Source of the DNA: an uncultured Acidobacteriota bacterium
GTDB taxonomy: Bacteria; Acidobacteriota; Vicinamibacteria; Fen-336
Reading direction: 5' to 3'
Assembly: GCA_963740655.1 (NCBI GenBank)
Contig: CAVUFF010000005.1
Span: forward strand, 41,282 to 105,281
Length of the DNA: 64,000 nt
The position numbers and the translations under genes were made by a program. The notes beneath the pieces are model-generated. The model had not been told where the DNA came from. It did no database searches and saw only the letters and a program-made list of their open reading frames with translations. Position 1 is the stretch's first letter; each line of letters starts with the position of its first letter. Shown here piece by piece: positions 40,465-53,015 of the stretch.

Positions 40465-42763
40465 CTACCTTTCGCGCGCGGAAGCGACCAAGCGCAGCCC
40501 CGTCACGATGACCGGCTCGCGGGCGGCGCGCTCGCCCCGGCCCTCATCCAGCACCAGCACGACCGTGCTGAGCCCGCCGGTCAGGTCGAGCGGGATCGCG
40601 GGCTCCGTGTCTCCTGCGAGCGGAACTGTGGCGACGGCGCTCTCGGCGGCCGCCAGCCGGACGCTGCGGTGGCTGTAGTCCTCCCGCGCGAGGTAGACGA
40701 CAAGCCGGGTGCCCGGCCGGCCGGGATAGGGCGAGAGCCGCAGCGCGAGCATCGCGCGGAGCGGCGCCGGCGCGAGGACCACGAGCTTGGTGCGGCCCTC
40801 GCCGATCGCGAACGAAAGGGCGCCGGTCGCGTCGTCCCGGCGAACGCCCGACGGGTTGACGACGTGCAGCAGCGTCAGCCCGACGGGCTGCCGCAGCCGC
40901 GCGTATCCGAACCCCAGCCGCTCCGTCCCAGGCTGCTCGATCGGTGGCAGTCCCGCGACGAGCGGCACGAAGCGGCCGTCGTCGCGGCGGGCGAGCGCCT
41001 GCTCGTAGAGGGCCTCGCCGTAGACCGGGTGGTTCGAGATCGACGCGCTGTCGACCCAGTCGCCGACGATCGCGCGCGGGTACGCCAGCAGCCCGGTATA
41101 GGCTGCGAGCCAGCGGTTCGCGTTCGCCGGGCGCCCGACCACGAGCAGCGTGCCGGCCGGCTGCTCGAGCACGCGCCGTTTGAGCGCGGGCAGGTTCCGC
41201 ATGGGCGTCGTGTCGGGGAGGATCTCGCGCATCGTCTGGCCGAGCGTCTGGCTCCAGGCCCAGTGCGCCGGCGCGAGGGTGAGCGGCACGAGCACGGCGA
41301 GGGTCGTCAGCAGGCCGCGCGCCCGCCCGGCGTGACGCGCGAGCGCGCGCACGCCGAGCGCGGCGGCGAGCAGCAGGAACGGCAGCGACCACTGGCAGAG
41401 CTTGAAGATGTTCCAGGTGTGACCGCGGCTGTGCGTCCACGGGTCGGCGACGAACCCGGCGTAGTAGCCGATGGCCAGCAGTAGCAGAGCGAAGCTCGCC
41501 CCGAGCGCCCGGCTCGGCGCGCGCCGCAGGGCCAGGGCCATGCCGAGGAGCGCGAGCGCGAGGACAAGGGGGGAGAGCAGGCGGTTGAGCAGCGTTCCTG
41601 GCACGACCTCGACGCTCGACCAGCCCGGCGCAAGGATCCGCACGCCCAGCCCGAACTGGAGGAACTCGAGCGGGCCGTAGGGCACGTGGCCGCCGGCGGC
41701 GTCGGTCATGAAGTTGTGGAGCCGCAGCGCCACGCCCACGAGGTCGCGCAGCCCCAGCAGCACGAAGCTGGCGCAGGCGACCGCGACGAAGGCCGCGAGG
41801 CTCGCGACGCCGCCGAAGCGCCGCGCCCGAAGCGCCGCTCGGGCGAGGGTCACCGCCGCGGCGACGCCGAGCGCCGGGAGCAGTGGCAGATAGACGATCA
41901 GCAGGAAGACGAACGGGAGGGCGACCAGAAGGGCGTCGCGGAGGTGCAGCCGCCGCGGCCGCAGCCCGCGGGTGAGCAGCAGCGTACCAAGCAGCAGGAC
42001 GCCGAGGGCGTAGGTCTGCTGCAGGAAGCCGTTGTGGTGGCCCCAGTAGAGAGCGTGCGGCACGAGAGCGAAGACGAGCGCGACGGCGCCGGCGCCCGTC
42101 GCGCCGAGGCGCAGCGACTGTCGCGCGACGAGGAAAATCGCGGAAGCGAGCGTAACCATGCCGAACGCCGCGGTCGCCGGGAAGGCGAGGAGGGCCACGG
42201 GCGCTCGCATCGCGGCCTGCACGAGAGCCAGCAGGTGGGCGATCCCGAGGTCGTAGTGCTGGCTCTGCCAGAGCCACGGGATTCCTGTGACCGGCGAGAA
42301 CGGGTCGAGCGCGCAGGTCTCGGAGAAGCCATGGTACTGCAGCCATTCGCTGAACGCGCTGTAGGTGTAGGTGTCGTTCCCGATCGAGAAGCCGTCCGTG
42401 CGCAGCACCGGCAGGTGCGAGACGAACGCGCAGAGGCCGGCCGGCACGCGAGCGCCAGCCAGTCGCGCCGCCGACGACCGGGCGGAACACGTCGAGCCGG
42501 CGACGCGTCCAGGCAAGCCACAGAAGCGCGAGCACCAGAGCCGGCAGCAGCCGCAGCACCTCGGGCGCGGGAAGCCCGACGCCCGACAGGCCGACGCTCG
42601 AGAGCGTCAGCAGCGCGCCGCCGAGGACGAGCGAGCCGGCGGTGCTGGCCGGGTCGAACCGCTGCAGCAGGTCGGCGCCGAACGCGCCCACGAACGCGCG
42701 CGCCAGGAAGAGTGCGCAAAGCGCAAGCGCCGCGGTGGCGAGGAGCGAGCCCACCGCCGTCAC
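40465..42763 (-). CDS. Polytopic membrane protein, GT-C-like; frameshift near 42470
   Basis: N-terminal TMs in ORF 40544..42763 continue in ORF 40465..42516 (GNDTYTYSAFSEWL acidic loop, many TMs, soluble C-terminus). Confidence 0.6.
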
Positions 42764-44526
42764 CGGTCGGCACCTCCGGGTTTGGGCGGCACGACGCGCT
42801 CCGGCGGCTCCGGGTTCGTCCCCGGCTGCAGCCGCACGAAGAGGAAGTCGCGGTCCGCGCTCTCCCAGGCCTCCTGACGGCCCGCCTGCGCCAGACCGTC
42901 GCGTAGCTCCGCGCCGCCGTCGGCGTAGGCCTTGCGGTTGACGAGCACGCCGGCGAAGCCGATCCGCTCGAGCGCCGCCGCCATCGCGGCGGGCTCGAGC
43001 GCTTCAACACGCCGCTGCCACGCCTCGCGCTGCCGTCCCTTGTCCGAGCCGTAGCTGAAGCGCAGCCGGTCGGCGTGCAGGTAGGGACGGAGGTGCTCGT
43101 AGTCGCCGGAGCTCTGAAGCCGCTGGCCCTCGGGATAATCGACGGCCGGCAGCTGGAACAGCATGGCTCCCGTGGGCAGCGCGGCCTCGAGCGAGCGCAC
43201 GAGGCTCGCGTCTGAAGCGACGTGCGCGCCCTGGTCGCGGATGGAAGCCAGGCTCCTGCGGGGCGGAAGCTGATCGGCAAGCGTCAGCACCCCCACGACC
43301 GCCGCCGCGGCGACGCTCGTAGCGCGGTGCCGGGCGAGCGCCGAGCGCGAGACCGCGCTCGCGGCCCAGAGCAGCACGAGCGCATGGATCCAGACGACGT
43401 TTCGGCCCCCGGCCCGAAGCCAGACGAAGCCCGTCAGGCCCAGGAGGCCATTCAGGCCGCCGACCACGGAGTAGCCGAGGATCCAGGCGACCGCGAGCGC
43501 CGCGACCGGCAGCGGACGCCGAGGCCGCCCGAGCGTGGCACGCGCCGCGACGAGAGCGAGCGCCGCGAGCGCTCCGATCCCCGCGAGACCGAGGTAGCCG
43601 GAGCCGATCTCGCCCCGCACGAGCGCCTGCCGCACGTAGCTCATGCCCGCCGCGCGCCACGGGCACGATCGAGCCGCTCGCCCGATCGGAACCACGAGCT
43701 CGATCGGCTTGAGCGCGTAGCGCTCGAGGTTGCCGTAAGGCCGGCACGAACGCGTGGGTCGGCCCCTGGCTCGCGCGCTGGAGCAGGAGGTTCGCGTTGT
43801 CTGCGAGCACCGCGCCCAGGAGCAGCGCCAGGATCGCGAGCGTACCGAGCGCGGCGCGCCAGCGAGCGGCGCAGCAGCCATTGGGCGAGGAACGCGAGCC
43901 CGAGGAACTGGGCGAAGAGCGCCGCGAAGTAGATGTTGTGCAGGCCAGCCACGATCGCGATCGGAGCGGCCACCCAGAAACGGCGCGTGCCGGGCACGAC
44001 TCCGCGCCGCCCGAACGCCCACGAGACCACCAGGATCGCGAGCGGGATCGGCCAGTCGTTGGCGAGCGTCAGATGGGTGAGCGAGCGGTAGAAAAAGAAG
44101 GGCGAGAGTGCGAACGCCAGGCTGCCGGCGAGCGCCCATTCCAAGCGCGCGCCGGCGTGACGGCTGACGGCGAAGAACGATAGCGCGGCGAGAACCGCGG
44201 CCAGGAGCACCAGGAGGTTCGCGGCGGGGAACAAGCCGAGCACCCTCGCGGCCGCGCCGGCGAGCGCGTACTGCAGCTTGTGCTGTCTCAGGAAGTCGTT
44301 CCAGCTCGCCTCGTAGGGCGCGCCGAGGGCGGGCACCGTGATCACGGCCGAACGGCGTCAGGTCGCCCTGCTGCGCCGCGCGGAGCGTCCCGAGCGTGAA
44401 GAGCGCGTCGTCCGAGTACTCGACGGGGACCTGCCACGCCTCGCGGCTCGTCCGTCCGGTCACGACGCACCACAGCCCGGCGACCACGAGCGCGAGGCCG
44501 GCGGACCAGAGGGCGCCGCGCCTCAT
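42760..44526 (-). CDS. Polytopic membrane protein, GT-C-like; several frameshifts (~44340, ~43850, ~43700)
   Basis: Segments in three frames: EYSDDALFTL loop; SPFFFYRSLTHLTLAND; YSVVGGLNGL...QLP...YEHLRPYLH...FSYGSDKGR. Confidence 0.6.
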   Translation of the reverse strand: MRRGALWSAGLALVVAGLWCVVTGRTSREAWQVPVEYSDDALFTLGTLRAAQQGDLTPFGRDHGARPRRALRGELERLPETAQAAVRARRRGREGARLVPRREPPGAPGRGSRRAIVLRRQPSRRRALGMGARRQPGVRTLALLFLPLAHPSDARQRLADPARDPGGLVGVRAARSRARHAPFLGGRSDRDRGWPAQHLLRGALRPVPRARVPRPMAAAPLAGAPRSVRSRSWRCSWARCSQTTRTSCSSARARGRPTRSCRPYGNLERYALKPIELVVPIGRAARSCPWRAAGMSYVRQALVRGEIGSGYLGLAGIGALAALALVAARATLGRPRRPLPVAALAVAWILGYSVVGGLNGLLGLTGFVWLRAGGRNVVWIHALVLLWAASAVSRSALARHRATSVAAAAVVGVLTLADQLPPRRSLASIRDQGAHVASDASLVRSLEAALPTGAMLFQLPAVDYPEGQRLQSSGDYEHLRPYLHADRLRFSYGSDKGRQREAWQRRVEALEPAAMAAALERIGFAGVLVNRKAYADGGAELRDGLAQAGRQEAWESADRDFLFVRLQPGTNPEPPERVVPPKPGGADR

Positions 44527-46218
44527 GATCCCGCCGCCGTCCGGCGCAGCCTGTCGAGCACGGCCGCGACGTTGCGGTCCCAGGTGAACGACTGCGTGAC
44601 CAGCCGGCGTGCCTCGGCGCCGAGCGCGTCGCGCTCGGCTGGAGGCATCTCCACCGCCTTGCGGAGGCCGGCGACGAGGGCGTCCACGCTCCCCGGCTCG
44701 ACGAACACGGCCGCCCGCACGCGTCCTGCCTCGCCCTTGGCAGGCGGAGCCTCTCCAGGCCGCCAGCCTTTCAGTACCCAGCCGATCTGGTCGAGTTCCG
44801 AGGCGACGATCGGCTTCGCCATCGCCATGTACTCGAAGAGCTTCGTCGGGCTGCCGAAGAACGGCGTGCCGTCGGGGTTCGGGACGTGCGGCGACAGCAG
44901 CACGTCCGAGGCGGCGAGCGTGAGCGGCGTCTCGGCCTGCGGGCGGATGCCAGCGAGTGTGACGAACGGCGCGCCGGCGCCAGGGCCGAGGAGTTCACGC
45001 ACCCTCGGAGCGAGGGCCCCGTCGCCCACGTAGAGGAGGTGCACGCTGCGTCGCTCGAGCCAGCTGCGGTCGGTGTCGAGGAGCTTCCTGATCGCGGCGG
45101 CGAGCACGTCCGTCCCGTGCCAGGTGCCGAAGGTGCCGACGAACGTGAGGAGCGTCGCGTCCGCCGGCACTCCGAGCGACTCGCGCGCGCGACGGCGCTC
45201 GTCGGGCGCGAAACGGGCCGGGTCGAACACGCGAGGGTCGATGCCGTTCGGGTAGAACAGCACGCGTTTCGGGTCGGCGCCGAGCGAGACGGCCTGCTCA
45301 ACGAGAGGCTGTGAGACGACCACGACCAGGTCCGCGTGCCGCAGGTTCGCACGCTCGATCGCCGCGGCCAGCGTCTCGAAGCGCAGGCGCTCGCCCCAGT
45401 GGCGCTGGGCCCAGACCTCCGAGCCGTTGAATTCCAGAACGAGCGGGACCCCGAGCTCCTCGCGCAGCAGCACCCCCGACAGGTCGTTGAGCGCGTAGCG
45501 CTGGTAGAGGAAGTCCGGCCGGTGTTCGCGCGCCTCGGCGCGGGCGGCCTCGACGAAGGCTGCCCTGGTAGCGGTGCGCGTTCATTTCGAAGGGAAACGA
45601 GATCACGAAGCGCGGCGGCACCACGCGCTGGCGCGCCGCGGGAGCGACGAGGGGCTGTTCGTGGGCGCTCAGCAGCCGCAGCGCCACGCCCGCGCGCGTG
45701 AGCGCGTTGGCCACGCCGGCGACGTGGGCGACCGAGCCGCCCACGCTGGCCCCGAAGCTGAGCGTCGGCTTGAGGTAGAGGCATCGCGTCGCGCCGGTCG
45801 GAGGCAGGGAACGAAACCGCGTCCGCCCCAGCCGCCGCGCACAGCTCTGGTTGAGGGCGAGCGCGGCCAGTCCCTTGACGAGCGCCGCCGCGACGCGTAG
45901 AGCCGCGCGCGCGAAGTCGAGCCCGCCCAGCTGCTGCGGAGCCTCGCCCGGCAGCTGGCGCTCGCGACGCCCGGCCCTGACCAAGAACGCGAGCACCACC
46001 AGGTAGTCCTGGAAGAGCGGCAGCTCCTCGGCGTTTCCCGTGGCCACGGCGTAACGCGGCCGCCAGCGCCGCAGCGTCGCCAGGCCGGCGCGGCGCAGCC
46101 CCGCGAGGTCGGCGAACGCGACCGCGCCCCCGAACCGCTCCCCGAAGAACGACCGCATCCCGGCCGTCGCCGCGGTCGCCGAGACGACGAGCGCTTCCGA
46201 ACTCGCGGGATCGGGCAT
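44523..46218 (-). CDS. Glycosyltransferase family 4 with N-terminal extension; frameshift near 45560
   Basis: GGSVAHVAGVANAL, then YQRY, LEFNGSEVW, FVGTFGTWHG, FFGSPTKLFEYMAM. Confidence 0.85.
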
Positions 46219-46317
46219 GCGGGACCGGTCGAGCAGCCTACCACACGCTGCATGGCCTCCCCGGCCGCGTGCGCGCTTGCGCCTTTGGCGTGAACCGTCG
46301 AGGATTCGAGCTGATCG

Positions 46318-47994
46318 ATGCGCTGGATCGCCTGGGCCGCCGCTCCCGTGGTCTTCCTCACCCTGTTCGGGGGCTACGCGTTCCGGCTCGGCATCCAGCC
46401 GGCGCTCGAGCACGACGACTTCGAGTACACCTATCCGTCCTTCGACCTCGCCGAGCGCGGCAGCTTCGGCTCGCCGCTGCTGGGGCCGGGCCTGAACGTC
46501 GCAAACCGCACCTACAACCTGATCGTCTACTACTACGCCAGCGTCCACGCGGTGCTGATTCGCCTGTTCGGGGACGGCGCGGAGTCGATACCGCTCGCCA
46601 ACACGTTCCACTTCGCTCTGCTCTCTGCCGTCGGCTGCCTGTTCCTGCTGCGGCGCGGGGCCTTCCTGGGCGCGGCCGCCTTCCTGCTCACTCTCGTCAG
46701 CGACTCGCGCGTCGTCGACGCCGCGCGTCGCGGGCGGCCAGAGATGACAGCCGGCTGCTGCCTGACGCTCGCTGTGATGGCGCTCTGGCTCTGGGTGGGC
46801 GAGGGCCGGCACCGGCCGCTCGTGCTCTTCGCGATGAGCGCCGCGCTCACGGCCGGGATGCTGTCCCACACCTCCGTGGTCTTCTTCGCACTCGCGCTCG
46901 TGTTGACCTCGGCCCTGAGCGTCGTGCGCGGGACGCCGGCGCGCACGCTCGGGATCGGATTCCTGCCGTACCTCGCGCTGCCGACGATCTTCGGCTACTT
47001 CGTCTTGACCGATTCGCCAGGCAACATCACAGGGCAGCTCGCCCTTGCTCGGGGGAACGTCGAGCTCGTGCGAGTGGTGGCAATGGCGAGGCAGGGGGGA
47101 TTCGGAGCGCTGCGCGACCGAGCTGCCGAGTTCATCGGCACTCACGCGGGCCCGGCCGTGCTCTGGGTGGCAGTGTTCGTGGCGCTGGCGCTTCCGGCGT
47201 TCACGGATGCGCCGTTCGCGCGCGCGGCGCGCTTCTTCGCGGGAGTCTATGGTCTCTTCTTCGCAGTTCACTTCCTGTGCTTGAAGACATTCGTGATCTC
47301 GTATCGGGTTCTCTACGAACCGACGCTGTATCTGGCGCTCGCGCTCGTGGCCGAGGCGCTGCTCGCGTTCAGCTCGAGCTGGCAAGATGGGGCCGCCTGG
47401 CGGCGCGGTGTCGTGGTGGCTCGCGTCGCTGCGACCGCGGTGCTGCTTCTGGCCGTGGCCCGAGAGGGGACCCGCTTTCGCGAGCGCCTGCTCGGACATC
47501 CCTTGCCGTTCGCACGCCTTCAAGGAGCGCTCTCGTACGTCCTGCTGGAGTCCGGGGCGCACCACGGAGATCGCGTCCTGGTGCCCTCTCCCTTCGGCTT
47601 CCACCTGAGACGGACGTTCGACGTGCTCGCGCAGCCCGCTCCGAACTACGTGAAGGCGCGCTGGAGCCACGGCTTCCGGGACGGCCTTCGGGGGCTCTGG
47701 GGCCCGCAGGCGCTCGAGAACGTGAGCTCGCCATCGCTCTGTGACGCGATGGCGCTCGCGTATCTCGAGCCCATGTGGGTGGTCGCCTGGGACGCGGACT
47801 ACAGCACGATGCAGCCCTTCTACGATTTCCTGCGGAAATACCCGGACCTGCCCGGGATCGAGGTCACGCGCGAGCGAAAAGCGGTGCTCCCGCCGCCTTA
47901 CTCGGGCACCGTCCGGGTGTATCGGCTGGTGTACTCCGACGGCGTCCTCGCGCTAGACCGGCGCCTTCCGGGAGTCCCGAGCTCGTGCCCGTGA
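46318..47994 (+). CDS. ArnT/PMT-like GT-C membrane glycosyltransferase
   Basis: N-terminal TM, then EHDDFEY acidic loop; ARRGRPEM; multiple TMs; soluble C-terminal domain. Intact ORF. Confidence 0.7.
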   Translation: MRWIAWAAAPVVFLTLFGGYAFRLGIQPALEHDDFEYTYPSFDLAERGSFGSPLLGPGLNVANRTYNLIVYYYASVHAVLIRLFGDGAESIPLANTFHFALLSAVGCLFLLRRGAFLGAAAFLLTLVSDSRVVDAARRGRPEMTAGCCLTLAVMALWLWVGEGRHRPLVLFAMSAALTAGMLSHTSVVFFALALVLTSALSVVRGTPARTLGIGFLPYLALPTIFGYFVLTDSPGNITGQLALARGNVELVRVVAMARQGGFGALRDRAAEFIGTHAGPAVLWVAVFVALALPAFTDAPFARAARFFAGVYGLFFAVHFLCLKTFVISYRVLYEPTLYLALALVAEALLAFSSSWQDGAAWRRGVVVARVAATAVLLLAVAREGTRFRERLLGHPLPFARLQGALSYVLLESGAHHGDRVLVPSPFGFHLRRTFDVLAQPAPNYVKARWSHGFRDGLRGLWGPQALENVSSPSLCDAMALAYLEPMWVVAWDADYSTMQPFYDFLRKYPDLPGIEVTRERKAVLPPPYSGTVRVYRLVYSDGVLALDRRLPGVPSSCP

Positions 47995-50057
47995 GCGCGG
48001 CGACGTCGGGCCGCGGCGTGCGAGGCCACCTCGCCTCGGCCGCGCTGGCGTGCGTGGGCGGCTTCCTGCTTCTGAACCTCGCGGTGCGCGCCCAGGCGTT
48101 CCACGCGGGCTGCGGCGGAAACCTCGCGGCGAGCCTGGCGCTTTGTGCGCTCGGGCTCGTCGTGGTCGCCGGTGTCGCACGGCCGGCGGCGCTCAGGTGG
48201 CTGCTGCAGCTCCTCGCGTCGTCGCTCTTCCTCTTCGGCTTCCACTCGTACCGGCTCTCGAGCCAGCTGCTCGAGCTCGGCATCACGGTGCTGGCGCTCG
48301 TGATGCTCGTCCGCCTGTGGCGCGGCGGCGCCACGGCCGAGGCGCGCTCGCCTTGGCCGCTCGGTCTGCTCGCGGTCTACGCGGCGCTCGCGTCGCTCTC
48401 GCTGCTGCTCCTGCCGGCTCGCGTCCTCGAGCACCGCCTGTTCCTCGAGGGCGCCGGCATCGGCCGCGCGCTCGTCTCGGCGTTCCCGAAGGACCCGCTC
48501 TACCCGATCGCCTCGGTCGACCGGCTGTGGCTGTTCTGGTCTTCGCCGGGTCTCGTGGCGCTTCAACCGGACGCGCGGCGCGCTCTTCCGACGGCTCGTC
48601 CGCGGCGTCGCCGCGGCGGTCGATCGCGGCCGTCGTGCTGGGCGTGCTCGATTTCCGGGCGTGTTGCCGCTCGCGCGCTACAACCTGTCGCAGCTCTTCT
48701 ACGGCGCGGGCTACAGGCGACTGCAGTCGACGTTCGGGAACCCCAGCTGGTTCGCCTGCTTCGTCGCCTGCGCGCTGCCGTTCGTCTGCTCGAGTGGCGC
48801 GAGGCTCGGCGTGGCGGCGGCTCGCGTTCGCGCTCGTCTTCCCGCTCTGCGCCGCCAGCCTGCTTCTTCTCGGGCGGCGCGGGCCGCCTGGCTCGCCGGG
48901 GTCGCTGATGCTGGCGGCGTCGCGGCGGCGGCGCTTGTACGGCGCTCTCGGGGTGCCGCGCTCGTGCGGCCCGAGCGCCGTCTCGGCAAGGCCGTGCTCG
49001 CGGCGCTCGCTGCCCCTCGCGCTCCTCGGCCTCCGGCGCCTTGGCCCGCCAAGGGCCCGTCGACGGGCGCCCGCGCCCCCCGGCCGGCTCGAGGGCCTCT
49101 CGCGCGAGATGGGCTATCGTGGTCTGGGGCTCACGTCTCCGCGGCGCGTGGCGGTCGCCTATGCGCTCGAGCTCGCGCGGCGCGGCCGCTTCTGGGCCTC
49201 GGCTACGAGAGCTTCAACATGCACCTCCTCGCCCAGCTCGACCGGCCCGACTCCGGCGTGGCGCGCGTCGTCAACACGGCCGTCTCCGCCGATCCCACCG
49301 AGACGGTCTTCGACGACAGCCACAACACCTACCTCCAGGTGCTGACCGGCACGGGCGCGCTGGGCTCGCGCTCTGGCTGCCTGGCCGCTGCGGCGGCTCT
49401 CGTCGCCGCGCGCTCGGGCGTTCCTGGGCGCACGGCCGCCCTAGGGCTCGCGGTGCTGCTGGGCATGCCGTCTTCCACTTCTACGGCCTGTTCCAGGGCA
49501 TGGCGTACCTTCCGGTTATCTTCTTCCTGGGCGTGGTACTCGAGCTCGGCTACGCGATGACGCTCGCCGACGCCGCCGCCGGGGCCGCGCGCGCGGCCGG
49601 GATGGCGGCGCTCCTGCTCGGCGGCCTCTGCTCGTCGCGCTGCCGCGGCACGCGCGCGACCAGGGTTTCCGCAGCCTCAAGCGACGCTGCTCGACCGAGG
49701 CCTACCTGCCCGACGAGAAGGCGGAGTACGAGGGCTTCTATCGCCCGGAGACCGGCCCAGGCGGCGAGTTCCGCTGGATGGCATGTCGCGGCATCGTGAA
49801 CCTCCGGGGGCGGCGCCCTTCCGCCTCTCCTTCGCGTGCGCAGCGCCGACCTCGAGCGGGAGCCGCTGCTGGTGTCGCTGCGGTTCGAGGGCCAGGCCGT
49901 CGGGCGGATCGTCTGCCGCCGCCCGGGAACGCAGGACAAGCGGTTCGATCCGGGACGACCAGGCGCGCTGCGGCTGAGCGTCTCGCGCACGTTCCGGCCG
50001 GCGGGATCCGACCGGCGCGAGCTGGGGGTCGCCGTCAGCGCGATCCGCTGGGAGTGA
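47991..50057 (+). CDS. O-antigen ligase / O-OTase-like (Wzy_C) membrane protein; multiple frameshifts
   Basis: GTG overlaps the previous stop; [31 protein letters not shown] motifs spread over several frames. Confidence 0.75.
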
Positions 50058-50059
50058 GC

Positions 50060-51945
50060 GCGGCGGGGCCGTCGCCGATGGCGTGTAGCCGGCACCACCT
50101 CGCGCAGGGCGGCGAACACGAGCTCCCGATCGCCCACGCTGGCCACGGCGTGCAGCCGCTCGATCCGCACCAACAGGTCGGGCGGAGGCGGTGCGCTCTC
50201 GACCGCGCGCACCTTGGGCCGCACCTCGCGGCTGCGGGCCGCCTCCTCGGCGGTCATCAGCTCTTCGTCGAGCTTCTCGCCGGGGCGCAGCCCGGTGATC
50301 ACGATCGGGATGTCCTTGTCGGGGACGTGGCCCGCGAGCGAGATCATCAGCCGTGCGAGGTCGAGGATCCGGATCGGCTCGCCCATCTCGAGGATCAGGA
50401 GCTCGCCGTAGCCGCCCAGGCCGGCCAGCAGCACCAGGCCGACGGCCTCCGGGATCGTCATGAGGTAGCGGCGGCACTCCGGGTGGGTGACCGTCACGGG
50501 CCCTCCGCGCGCGATCTGCTCCTTGAAGAGCGGCACCACGCTGCCGGCGCTGCCGAGCACGTTGCCGAAGCGGACCGTGCTGAAGCGCGTCTTCGACGTC
50601 GCGGCCTTCTGCTGCGACGAGCAGCTCGGCCGCGCGCTTCGTCGCGCCCATCACGCTCGCCGGATTGACGGCCTTGTCGGTCGAGACGAGCACGAAGCGC
50701 TCGACCCGCAGCCGGTCGGCCGCCTCGAGCACGTTCAGGCAGCCGATCACGTTGTTCTTGACCGCCTCCTCGGGCGCGTACTCCATCAGCGGCACGTGCT
50801 TGTGCGCGGCGGCGTGAACCAGGTCCTGCGGCCGGAACTCGCGCAGCAGCTGCTCGACCCGCGCCTCGTCGCGGATGTCGATCACCTGCGCCTCGACCGG
50901 GAGCTCGCGGGTAGCTGTGGAGCAGGTGCCGGTACAGGAAGTAGAGGTTGTTCTCGTCGATGTCGGCGAGCACCAGCCGTGCCGGCGCGTGGGCGGCGAT
51001 CTGCCGGCAGGCCTCGCTGCCGATCGAGCCGCGGCTCCGGTGACCAGGATGCGCCGGCCGCGCACGAGCGCGTCGCGTCTCGCTCGTCGTCGAAGCGCAC
51101 CTCGTGGCGCGGCAGCAGGTGGTCGGGCGAGAGGTCGGCGAGCATCGAGGCGTCCGCGCGGTCGTTCAGGTAGGCGAACGAGACGGGCAGGATCTTGTAG
51201 CTGAGCTTGAGCTCGGCGCAGGCGGCCAGGATCTCGCGCAGGCGTCGCCGCGGGCATGCGCGGGATCGCGAACAGCAGCTGCTCGACGTCGCGGCTGCGC
51301 GCCAGATCCGGGCAGTTGCGGCGATCGGCCCGAGCACCGGCCGTCCGCCGATCCACTGGCCCCACTTGCGGCGATCGTCGTCGACGAAGCCGACGACGTC
51401 GTAGGCGTGCTCCTCCGAGCGCAGCAGGTCGCGCTGCAGCAGGTCGCCCGCGGAGCCGGCGCCGACGATGAGCGTGCGCTTGCGCGAGCCCGAGCGCGAG
51501 CGCGACTGTGCGAGCAGCCAGGTCTGGGCGAAGCGCGGCGAGAAGCGGAAGGTGCCCACCAGGCTCGCGGTCAGGAAGAACTCCATCACCAGCACCGAGC
51601 GCGGCGGGCCCGGCGTCTGCAGGAAGTAGAAGACCGCCACGAAGACCGCAGTGCCGGCGAGCGTGGCGGTCACGACGCGCAGGGCCTCGTGCAGGCCGGA
51701 GAGCCGGAACGACCAGCGGTGGAGCCCCAACGCGAGGTGCAGCGAGAGGCGGATCGCGAGAAAGAGCGGGCAGGAAGCGCCAAAAGATCTGCCCGATACT
51801 CGGGCCAGATTGCGCCCTCGAAGCGCAGGAGGTAGGCCGCGTAGATCGACAGCGTGATCAGCAGCGCGTCGAGACCGAGGATCAGCAGCAGGCGGCGGGC
51901 GCCGCCGAACCACGCGGGAGCGCGGAAGCGCCAGGCGCTGGTCAT
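50060..51945 (-). CDS. CapD/WbpM/PglF-type nucleotide-sugar 4,6-dehydratase; many frameshifts, end approximate
   Basis: N-terminal TMs; IVGAGSAG; GFVDDD; [12 protein letters not shown]; [17 protein letters not shown]; [14 protein letters not shown]; GLRPGEKL. Confidence 0.9.
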
Positions 51946-52980
51946 GCCGCGCGCACCCGGCGCGTGGCGTGGAACTCGCCCGCGAAGAACAGAAGCGCCA
52001 GCGCGAGCGCGATCCAGGCGGCGCCCACGCGGCCGCTGCGCCAGATCGAGACCCCGATCGCCGTCAGCAGCGCCGACCCCGCCGCGAGCGCGAGGGTGAC
52101 GCGCGCATGCCCGAAGCGCACCGCCAGGTCCTGGTAGAGATGCTCGCGGTGCGCTTCCTAAACGCGCTCGCCACGGGCCGCGCGTCGCGCCAGCGTCAAG
52201 CCGGCGTCCGCCAGGAAGAGCCAGAGGCTGAGCGCCACCAGCAGCATGGCGCTCGAGCGCGCTTCGGGCGCGGCCGTGAGCGGCAGCGCCGCGAGCACGC
52301 CGCCCAGGAAGTAGCTGCCCACGTCGCCCAGGAAGATGCTCGCAGGCGACCAATTGAAGGGCAGGAAGCCCGCCGCCGCTCCAGCGACCGCGGCCGCCAG
52401 CAGCACGGCGCCGGCCTCCCACGAGGCGAGCGCGATGCCCATGGCCGTGATCGTCGCCTGTAGCGCCGCGAGCCCGTCGATCCCGTCGAGGAAGTTGAAG
52501 AAATTCACGACCGTCACGATCCAGGCCACAGCCAAAGGGGCGCCGAGCGACCCGAGAGCGAGGTCGAAAGGCGTGGGCAGCGGCAGCCGCTCGGGCGGTC
52601 CCACGCGGGCGACGAGGACGAGAGCGATCCCCAGCTGTGCGGCTATCCGGACGGCGGCGGAGAGCCCGAAGCGGTCGTCGGCGAGGCCGAGCGCGCCGAG
52701 CGCGACCGCGCCTAAGAGCACCGTTGCTGCAGCGCTGCTCCAGAATGCAGGCGTCAGGAACAGAGCGGCGAGCGCCGCCACGGCGACCGCCACGCCGCCC
52801 GCGCGCGGGACCGACCGTCCGGTGGGACGAGCGTGGGTTCGGGCGGTCGAGCAGGCCGAAGCGCCGCGCCAACGCTCGTAGCGCGGGCGTGAGCAGCAGC
52901 GCGAGCGCGAAGGCCGCGGCCGCCGAGATCGTCGGCGAGAGTTCGTCGTGCATGGCCGGCGGCCCTGGGAGGGACGCCAC
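51942..52980 (-). CDS. MraY/WecA/WbpL-type undecaprenyl-phosphate HexNAc-1-phosphate transferase; frameshifts
   Basis: DRPNPRSSH, GLADD, NFFNFLDGIDGLA, IFLGDVGSYFLG, HREH. Start is GTG 52980 or ATG 52953. Confidence 0.9.
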
Positions 52981-53015
52981 CGCGAATCATACGGGAGGAG
53001 CGAGGTCGGCGCGGC

